From Amphiscolops sp. MND2022 (Eukaryota): a DNA stretch of 64,000 bases. Shown in pieces: positions 62,901 through 64,000 of this stretch. The notes under the pieces were generated by a model. The model saw only the letters and a list, made by a program, of their open reading frames with translations, was not told the DNA's origin and searched no databases. The stretch spans positions 51,524,001 to 51,588,000 of the forward strand of contig OZ076409.1 of NCBI GenBank assembly GCA_964187785.1, in the 5' to 3' direction. A program made the position numbers and the translations under genes. Position 1 is the first letter of the stretch. Every line of letters begins with the position of its first letter.

Positions 62901-63620
62901 GTTAGCTTTTGAAAAAAAAATGGCTTCATCTTGAATTTAACTTCAATATTTTCATTCAAGGGAGAGCTTAGAATGAATCTAATAAAATGCAAATCTGAAA
63001 CTAATGCAAACGGTCATTACAGCTATTGGTATTTTCTTTTCAAATATAACAGCTTATAGTCCAAAGTTTGAATGGTTTCAATGAAACACTAAATTTGCAC
63101 TTCCGCAGTTCAGAAGTATTCATTAATTGATTTTATCACCGAAAATTCATTTGAGAAAAATGAACCTTTTGAAATTACAGCAATACTGAGCCCGAAGGTC
63201 AATTTTTGCTTTTTATTTCTACAGAAGTTTATCAAACCTTGAACTAGCAATTAAATACTTAGAATAAAAATTTGAGCGAGTGATCGGAGAACTTTCTATT
63301 TTCGTGTGTATTTTTTGTTAGGAATTTGAAGTTCATCCCGCAATCAGAGAAATCTTCGGCAGAGGCGGAAGAAACAGAAGGAATCAATCGCTTGAGTAAC
63401 CAATTAGATTCAGTTCACTCCATGGTGGAGGAGTCTAGAAAAAGTTACATGGACATGAAGCACTGGCAGGCCATGGAGTCAAGGACTGGAGTTGACTCGT
63501 CTGACAATGCAGCCAGCATTGCTGACAACCCAGAAGACAGCACTGAGACCAACCTGCAAAAAGAACCTATCAAAACACCTGAAGAACTCTACTGCAAAGT
63601 CATGAAGAATCTGCAATTCT
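2708..63620 (+). CDS. BIRC6: BIRC6/BRUCE giant IAP (BIR + E2/E3), multi-exon; partial, N-terminus and UBC domain lie outside the window
   Basis: BIR domain exon; BIRC6-typical blocks GRKYVVIDFGRTVMLTDV, LLQENPPHKRARAAAW, QYWAKGTGFGTGS and NDSVLDISRHVAVY; GT-AG junctions checked by hand keep phase except near 56277-56350. Confidence 0.92.
4308..4502 (+). repeat. Left terminal inverted repeat of the Maverick
   Basis: Reverse complement of 18339-18579; contains a G-run and a 48-bp tandem unit starting at 4345 and 4393. Confidence 0.95.
4792..5176 (+). mobile_element. Helentron-like non-autonomous element, family B, nested in the Maverick
   Basis: ttttt-aggagtcgg ... ccgactcct, then palindrome ccgcatatgcgg and ctctgg; related copy at 30792-31092. 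Confidence 0.65.
5303..9795 (+). CDS. Protein-primed DNA polymerase B with three N-terminal C2H2 fingers; predicted join 5303-6725, 6788-9146, 9211-9417, 9503-9795, with one extra A at 8309-8316
   Basis: Exonuclease motifs YADLEA, HNFSRYD and YLQTD; polymerase motifs DVTSLY, KLMSNACFGK and YKDTDS; endonuclease-VII-like CCIC..HHCH..AHSKCN; GT-AG introns join the split ORFs in frame. Confidence 0.9.
9830..9835 (-). terminator. Putative polyadenylation signal for the minus-strand virion gene block
   Basis: AATAAA on the minus strand just after the protease stop, in the gap between convergent genes. Confidence 0.4.
9841..10374 (-). CDS. Adenain-like cysteine (maturation) protease
   Basis: VNTSPRNSHGSHW, WDCLG and QNASSNMCGLYC supply the His, Asp, Gln and Cys residues. 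Confidence 0.9.
   Translation of the reverse strand: MMDNATLKHMILRNSTLSVAFAGIWSADNFNLQPVTTETTTNFLASERLVWFQIVNTSPRNSHGSHWLLLGATIAQGQKKMQVFVWDCLGQPVSVYTMFFNRLNQLYGKTGYRQIALKLQNASSNMCGLYCLFLIHYIAKKPYELSQIDEKLKLCSEIEIIRFINDKYNTLFRYTVF
10364..11713 (-). CDS. Major capsid protein (double jelly-roll); frame opens at CTG 11713
   Basis: HSALDFFE, NNTLHTLFSHAELYLNEKLIS and FFLVFDLT resemble Polinton MCP blocks; size and position next to the protease fit. Confidence 0.82.
   Translation of the reverse strand: MASVNNLFVGSASEIARPVTHSALDFFEKPGVMINYEGAYDQEVFPHVGCRGPQLDFFVAAEAKNLIDLNRIILCVEVAIYLEDGKTKAKPGDVDVVFSNNTLHTLFSHAELYLNEKLISHSNNCYLHSAFVETELSTDTESKDSWAECQGYHYLAKSSGKDQQFNKLAASFAEKKECKVQLCGALHLDFLDCEKFLLPNVTLHVRLYRSPNNTVPHLKGTDDDAKNLDGKILPVVEKASLFVRKVVVTDSVKLSIERALLKSEAIYPYIESLNKSFIIQAGQNCFIKENIFGTEPIRRLTLCMVKNSLFRSTPLNETPFSYQKFNLQRVEIQRGNGVPLAGTPLDTTNNVRLYYNTITALGFKEKSNGIKLEDYEDNHFFLVFDLTSTEEASKNFTLFPELTGSSLTLKLYFEKALDDAIELFLIGERFSQVTIDSARNIKKNRPYDG
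11726..12235 (-). CDS. Basic virion core / membrane-active protein with a GxG cleavage-like site
   Basis: QMGSGGGLG, then an amphipathic helix and a K/R-rich tail; lies between mCP and MCP; first ATG at 12235. Confidence 0.65.
   Translation of the reverse strand: MDAHYDSQIKSVVAHTNYSGPARQMGSGGGLGAFAVRMGRVAIPLVRKYVLPVARQVGKNLLETAIPEIGDVLTGKKKPNRKLLASVAKKTAVKTMSKNLPAGVALRPGGGSERKPGAARRVTNGSVGGGERPVSALVNRKRNSSTSISRKTAAKRSRSNILSEIQYSN
12308..13285 (-). CDS. Minor capsid protein (penton-like)
   Basis: FTMNLVSNAS..FPGNSLSNFTTLLP..LPGDWQVALVEI and LYCDFVQ..LGD..LLRSI are typical Polinton mCP motifs. Confidence 0.85.
   Translation of the reverse strand: MARTSNRGGQDFTMNLVSNASMTTFPGNSLSNFTTLLPTTMSLPGDWQVALVEIAWPAMVQNVTVGEFTVSKKVPALPVEKYPRHHKHGLISMTVPSALTQIPNYSEPVTLCIKPGCYPSVDAIMKAIMKAALGKKDGQLNATPRTNDSFMSWKIDSVTRRLHVKSSAIAENEAFKIMAVSDDLKNILGTDVIIDCQSQIRHETEASDQIASGIAKVVKQVGRWPIDLNAGSHTMFLYCDFVQNETLGDTQTALLRSIPLKSITLAQTMGEVNHKSFTNLQWKRIVKPQFQSISLTLANEMGQKMPFLSCGRTNITLAFRPVPQY
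13305..14466 (-). pseudogene. Retroviral-like (c-)integrase with N-terminal PHD finger, frameshifted
   Basis: DDE motifs WSVDLADM, WVDKGREF and AERNIRSLK; C-terminal PKFRIGDQVRI..GKFYEPEL; 4-bp duplication at 13671-13678 splits the ORF. Confidence 0.9.
14468..15166 (-). CDS. Maverick hypothetical protein (232 aa)
   Basis: ATG-initiated ORF packed tightly between neighbouring element genes. Confidence 0.65.
   Translation of the reverse strand: MESNSSLRDLILITHEEYISLKRQEKTPDAREKQKQHLLSKFAEATQTNFEPIEENQFKTIDTAKELPEDSLVAQLNLNSRYHSGDSSTSNTVETKQSYKNPSDQVLSNLLQSGVTDGKVERSRQILKMIEDCERTTIDETNHTINLDQQDTGVSVVEFLSALQVNTKQLPKKFLTLVEVLRIPQFLLANTYARQTSNQNQHQIRLASGASPYKRLKLDTEQGSSSQWLTNF
15150..15494 (-). 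CDS. Small basic Polinton-type protein
   Basis: FFCDCVFNVVKGKVKL..KRKRQVL..GLRLLKLILP resembles a small ORF often found downstream of Polinton ATPases. Confidence 0.6.
   Translation of the reverse strand: MMNLQNYYTVDLYLKFSPTLKKIFILHCPDNILKFFCDCVFNVVKGKVKLDKKLQEKAVFLAREKVNLEKICPKRRVALKRKRQVLGSERGLRLLKLILPSVQIHLKSCHGIEQ
15463..16164 (-). CDS. A32/FtsK-HerA family genome-packaging ATPase
   Basis: Walker A GPAGSGKT, Walker B LVVIDD, and GRHRN; likely ATG at 16164. Confidence 0.92.
   Translation of the reverse strand: MNKRISTNPHCFISVVGPAGSGKTRLIGRMICNQEKIFRPVFDKILYFFKHYQEPYRQLETECLANKVDLQLIQGLEWNAVERGEILKQRTLVVIDDMYDEAANSKEFLDLVIAGRHRNVHLMVLRHNLFQQSKYSKTIDLNVTQIVLFNSPRDSEQIGILGRQLGERSTLLKVYKRATQEAFGHLLIDLDVRSSRNLRYCSHCSGDEPSHFYCARDELFISINDEFTKLLYS
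16161..16514 (-). CDS. Small two-pass membrane protein
   Basis: CCC..RS, then two hydrophobic stretches ending CIGHILPGP. Confidence 0.7.
   Translation of the reverse strand: MSGPDLSHTSGYYSNWSLNNRSDQEDQIDHGNLSVPNLERIIFDQTDNERPPYTFCCCNSRVERSLVLVFLHYFILIAVFTFCILFLTLCENDNKVSSGILAILSACIGHILPGPKS
16600..17007 (-). CDS. Phospholipase A2-like protein (viral/parvovirus type)
   Basis: GKIGPG loop and AIFHDAY His-Asp dyad; first ATG at 17007. Confidence 0.5.
   Translation of the reverse strand: MFSARQICENFVAVNYCFPKNSTTKNAFLAVCRYIDENVDLREVNLKAPFGGKIGPGDSKLDNYLKFSKILRMHAIFHDAYGYMRSFEEIGPGYVYTLTKAQSFHNNMLLGHFSGISYWLFVKLFHREHFDAFPF
17103..18035 (-). CDS. Maverick hypothetical protein (310 aa)
   Basis: Long ATG ORF next to the right TIR; contains NHHHVLLY and CMCFEC. 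Confidence 0.65.
   Translation of the reverse strand: MFTVDDTCDKKNRHYNLKSSPEQLTSLTTRREMTSVFREIPSNYWLLLFSTEESQIYSDVYEKDSNSKSSTSLSKLLETLSNSHKCQFIGRVHTKEDSTNGSLDEFCEAMPTNHHHVLLYLPQSTNAETMLKQTISQVLSNEQWAKVRLLTVSYPENFLKTETSTFCHRSLIVEGEIMKSLMTRKTTESLGCSFNCVWELNRHNSLGDCPDNEKALYIFQKLVELEKSDAPFKDTVISYIELLQRGIGRLFLSEHSRILDIDLGVSNAQCMCFECLNQPLQLDEAIDNTSSSSQLFSPYNEDTIIDTSFL
18339..18579 (-). repeat. Right terminal inverted repeat of the Maverick
   Basis: Inverted match to 4308-4502 with one extra 48-bp unit. Confidence 0.95.
20060..20348. repeat. Interspersed repeat with ggaataagatct units; second copy about 26610-26890
   Basis: attattttccgaccccacattttataaatg... shared by both loci. Confidence 0.7.
20760..21810 (-). 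pseudogene. Degraded non-LTR retrotransposon reverse transcriptase, interrupted by an insertion at about 21106-21660
   Basis: Minus-strand translation gives LFVTFID*EEAFDGVDHTLLWMKL, GVRQGDNLSPLLFI and ILYVHDTLLL (decayed YADD). Confidence 0.8.
22850..25384 (+). CDS. BIRC6: BIRC6 exon
   Basis: Long ORF; WD-like ATSSKDGSIHIWN; PPGWVEIEQEQQQRK..HTRTF; tttcag / gtaagt boundaries. Confidence 0.9.
25448..25614. mobile_element. Possible Tc1/mariner-pogo type MITE
   Basis: ta|cagttgaatccg ... cggagctgactg imperfect inverted ends with internal cgaatta repeats. Confidence 0.35.
27030..28144 (+). CDS. BIRC6: BIRC6 exon
   Basis: GGMYWF, GFLEAEPLRFTCHESSDG; splice phases consistent. Confidence 0.88.
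28954..30476 (+). CDS. BIRC6: BIRC6 exon
   Basis: GRKYVVIDFGRTVMLTDV..CRYLKIKVIGRYG. Confidence 0.9.
30792..31092 (+). mobile_element. Helentron-like element, family B, second copy
   Basis: tttttaggagtcgg ... ccgcacatgcggctctgg, similar to 4792-5176. Confidence 0.6.
31136..31451 (+). CDS. BIRC6: BIRC6 exon
   Basis: catag / gttgga boundaries, phase 0 to phase 1. Confidence 0.78.
32175..32310. repeat. 55-bp tandem repeat (about 2.4 copies) inside a family A-like element
   Basis: ggaaaaatgcccgact at 32181, 32236 and 32291. Confidence 0.85.
33444..33972 (-). mobile_element. Helentron-like element, family A
   Basis: aacaagccgggaacggc..agtcggcgcc to gcgccgactaaaa. Confidence 0.65.
34661..36571 (+). 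CDS. BIRC6: BIRC6 exon
   Basis: Long ORF; LDVRLESG and GYGPVDCQ; splice phases consistent. Confidence 0.87.
36808..36996 (+). CDS. BIRC6: BIRC6 exon
   Basis: ttttcag / gtaagt, phase 1-1; LSQPVLFFLL. Confidence 0.8.
37299..37466 (+). CDS. BIRC6: BIRC6 exon (not in the ORF track)
   Basis: Continues FASVG as GGVQVLVNKIV...IGPKG; open frame, phase 1-1. Confidence 0.7.
37900..38118 (+). CDS. BIRC6: BIRC6 exon
   Basis: PTAQLPDVLLQENPPHKRARAAAWTYHF. Confidence 0.88.
38415..38700 (+). CDS. BIRC6: BIRC6 exon
   Basis: LRIYHPPDANSIGLSHI; tttag / gtgaga. Confidence 0.82.
39043..39317 (+). CDS. BIRC6: BIRC6 exon
   Basis: tttcag / gtttgt; frame continues from the previous exon. Confidence 0.72.
39494..39680. 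repeat. Left subterminal repeats (ccaccgatgg / ccatcggtgg) of the CMC element
   Basis: Many direct and inverted copies in a GC-rich patch; mirrored at 55065-55167. Confidence 0.85.
39711..40022 (-). pseudogene. hAT-like transposon remnant with BED zinc finger
   Basis: GRKRDAIWLEF..KCKQC..ERMKDH; hAT-like terminus cagggttcgg at 39711. Confidence 0.55.
40026..40715 (+). repeat. Minisatellite, about 33-bp unit (ccggaataagatctaaaa core)
   Basis: Visible tandem copies. Confidence 0.92.
40745..43113 (+). repeat. Tandem array, seven units of 329-338 bp plus a partial eighth
   Basis: actgggaacactg at 40751, 41089, 41426, 41764, 42093, 42427 and 42757. Confidence 0.95.
44588..46417 (-). CDS. CMC/EnSpm DDE transposase core
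   Basis: LSTDG, SLWP..IANLPPKLRM, IVADLIA, GCNYC, DYMH, FKANEF, NVHCLRH, YGPL and AFESAN. Confidence 0.92.
   Translation of the reverse strand: MNETSLEAQELSQGEICYLGFTEFLKNILERNLEALFSYSEHKEISVVNDFPLDKVRLVHRCSEELEIQLMLSTDGVSFVNSNNISLWPFWLAIANLPPKLRMAQKNICLAALFVGQSKPPWDEIVPRLFKELKKKIEINYFSSVYIVNFEVIGIVADLIAKCSLLNMVQHNGFFGCNYCNIEGVTINRTHSYYPFNQSFEIRRPELNDRHVDIAEALIASASPSNVCGVKGKSAFFGLVKNLPLSAGIDYMHCVLLGCFKEILNFFWRGLSTQEKIIVSKEVQDTRAPLEVVEHGRNLRDLFHIGHFKANEFFNYLLFVSPIIFKDRLADFLYDHLCLVFGIRILLESSSETDIELAERLLERYCSAVTDIFQTETAETINVHCLRHLAHQCRSYGPLFVFSAMAFESANRTLSESFTGTHSHCAVICRRYLEAQELASCVVENDRAAELLQEWSNLKEPSEKNFSKDVLLLPEIHRSLELFPDAQILSRSFVDGVYFDSLCYKRCSDGPNSFIKVKKESGFFFAQIVFFIIMGEDSYTGGLKFAQVKKMVAKNNLTLQNFSNWQFFYEVEFTENEDMIEASAFEKMFFMKSHSKLYLASVPLFLDHK
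46414..47646 (-). CDS. Suv4-20(KMT5B/C)-like SET domain followed by the N-terminal part of the transposase
   Basis: DLSVI..LMLGAVRFVNSDCNPN..ILPGTEILVKYSDDFF..CHCATC; C-terminal PLYSGS..LHLS..LLPEENCLP is a CACTA transposase N-terminal motif. Confidence 0.82.
   Translation of the reverse strand: MLPKDMDWRALSHCDGQAVRAVIEYGGRDAMTVLRLKPNGAFLKQCEKDQLLSTCFAICLESYKSLSGVYDIRHDDFGGYRMIYVGQVKIRARDLFPSSPLGFLTAIPDNITDLSVIRKKSTPGVSFLMLGAVRFVNSDCNPNAEYDFGSDQKVVKLRSLKTILPGTEILVKYSDDFFECYSCHCATCKSSSAFDTLNCLYADNLLSELINEELFDVADCHLQDTAIKRSKTVSQHSSKRLYWADKISAFADAYESSDILCNMSTSEENLNCTLEEPSFDQHLDMTRHCSELTNRSPPPSTFEAELVKISSPLSNKSFESPHFSEIASTVACDFILPTAAESSLQQMSRPLYSGSDIGVYNATLLLRHFCSKLHLSDTGMLRLYDLLNCLLPEENCLPAKFSFIHKMKNI
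48165..50028 (-). CDS. Five-exon BEN-domain protein; exons 50028-49582, 49413-49270, 49207-49043 (or 49058), 48960-48720, 48385-48165
   Basis: Hand-spliced open frame of about 400 aa with a basic NLS-like segment, a coiled coil and YGRLIMLSLYSQDEI..RPDFSPRRKECFKEAFRGKYG..KVSVNKMG. Confidence 0.72.
50114..50847 (-). mobile_element. Helentron-like element, family A, nested in the CMC element
   Basis: Same termini as other family A copies. Confidence 0.65.
51307..51807 (-). pseudogene. SGNH/GDSL hydrolase with one in-frame stop (TAA at 51691-51693)
   Basis: MRVLVFGDSH (block I), GISG (II), MGGND (III), DRVHL (V). Confidence 0.82.
52320..53045 (+). pseudogene. 3' fragment of a non-LTR retrotransposon (C-terminal CCHC region, 3' UTR and short A tail)
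   Basis: HLGFFKFKIG..CTC..ETADHFLKIC; in-frame stop at 52562-52564. Confidence 0.65.
53045..54860 (+). repeat. Minisatellite of the same ggaataagatctaaaa family, interrupted by a duplicated segment (about 53186-53330 and 53860-54007)
   Basis: Tandem copies with higher-order repetition matching 40026-40260. Confidence 0.9.
55065..55167. repeat. Right subterminal repeats of the CMC element
   Basis: ccaccgatgg copies next to the right TIR. Confidence 0.85.
55463..55999 (-). mobile_element. Helentron-like element, family A
   Basis: aacaagccgggaac ... gcgccgactaaaaa. Confidence 0.62.
56277..56604 (+). CDS. BIRC6: BIRC6 exon, 5' boundary uncertain
   Basis: 3' part VLDLLYSLCTQ splices in phase 2 to 56843; frame at the 5' end is unresolved. 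Confidence 0.6.
56843..57863 (+). CDS. BIRC6: BIRC6 exon
   Basis: AISAILWQ, FWSPLLTSLC, NQRNLAE. Confidence 0.87.
58052..58328 (+). CDS. BIRC6: BIRC6 exon
   Basis: HPKYGIGH; splice phases consistent. Confidence 0.8.
59147..59734 (+). mobile_element. Helentron-like element, family A
   Basis: ttttttagtcggcg ... cgccgacttgtgccgttcccggcttgtt. Confidence 0.62.
60336..60902 (+). CDS. BIRC6: BIRC6 exon
   Basis: LPNNLTFRQLL, QVFASVGGFTKLA. Confidence 0.85.
61087..61515 (+). CDS. BIRC6: BIRC6 exon
   Basis: PHCLALLGLTLQLPLYVEVLLRE..LLRILLGV. Confidence 0.87.
61861..62300 (+). CDS. BIRC6: BIRC6 exon
   Basis: QYWAKGTGFGTGS. Confidence 0.92.
62482..62900 (+). CDS. BIRC6: BIRC6 exon
   Basis: SCLLEVLNSYLNNDSVLDISRHVAVYQA. 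Confidence 0.9.
63322..63620 (+). CDS. BIRC6: BIRC6 exon just before the UBC region
   Basis: EELYCKVMKNLQF; splice phases consistent. Confidence 0.85.
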
Positions 63621-63637
63621 GTTAGTTTTTAGCTGGA

Positions 63638-63752
63638 GTGTATCAAGCAGTTTAAGATGTTATAAGAAGTATGGTGACACATCGTGAAACCTCCAATCAG
63701 CTGTTCCATTTACTGGAAGATTTCAGAGTTGATTCCAATTTGAAGGCTATTC
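63638..63752 (+). repeat. 115-bp intronic duplicate of BIRC6 exon sequence 62749-62863
   Basis: Near-identical sequence; TTG changed to TAA. Confidence 0.92.
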
Positions 63753-64000
63753 TGTTTTCAGGTGTATCAATTTTGAAAATTGTGAGGTAATTCAAAACTC
63801 ATCTGCAGGTGAATAGAGAGAGTTTACTAAATGAAATATCCATCCATTGAATGACGTAAAGTTTAGTACAGTACATTGTCACTTTCTACCGACGCTAAAG
63901 TTGATAAGGAGATATTACGTTTTCTGAAAATTTAGGTCTCTATATAACAGTGAATTAGGTCGCTTGTAGCGAAAGCGCAAAAAAAAGCGAAAGCGACGTA

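Overview
AT-rich, repeat-dense metazoan genomic DNA. The host gene is BIRC6/BRUCE on the + strand: about 20 phase-consistent exons run from the BIR exon at 2708 to 63620, and the gene continues past both window edges. Two of its introns hold giant transposons. (1) A complete 14.3-kb Maverick/Polinton (adintovirus-like) element at 4308-18579 has AGT...ACT termini, TIRs and a perfect 6-bp TSD (CGTATC). It encodes an apparently spliced zinc-finger/pPolB, an adenain protease, major and minor capsid proteins, a PHD-finger-fused integrase, a packaging ATPase, a membrane protein and a PLA2-like protein. (2) A 15.7-kb CMC/EnSpm (CACTA-type) element at 39471-55190 has CCCG termini, a 2-bp TSD (TC) and CCACCGATGG subterminal repeats. 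It carries three co-oriented genes: an SGNH hydrolase, a five-exon BEN-domain gene, and a Suv4-20-like SET domain that is one base from being in frame with the DDE transposase. This SET-transposase/BEN/SGNH element is the best candidate for an undescribed system. The rest of the intronic DNA is Helentron-like non-autonomous repeats, LINE and hAT remnants, minisatellites and a ~335-bp tandem array. All family calls come from motif recognition by eye; no database searches were run.
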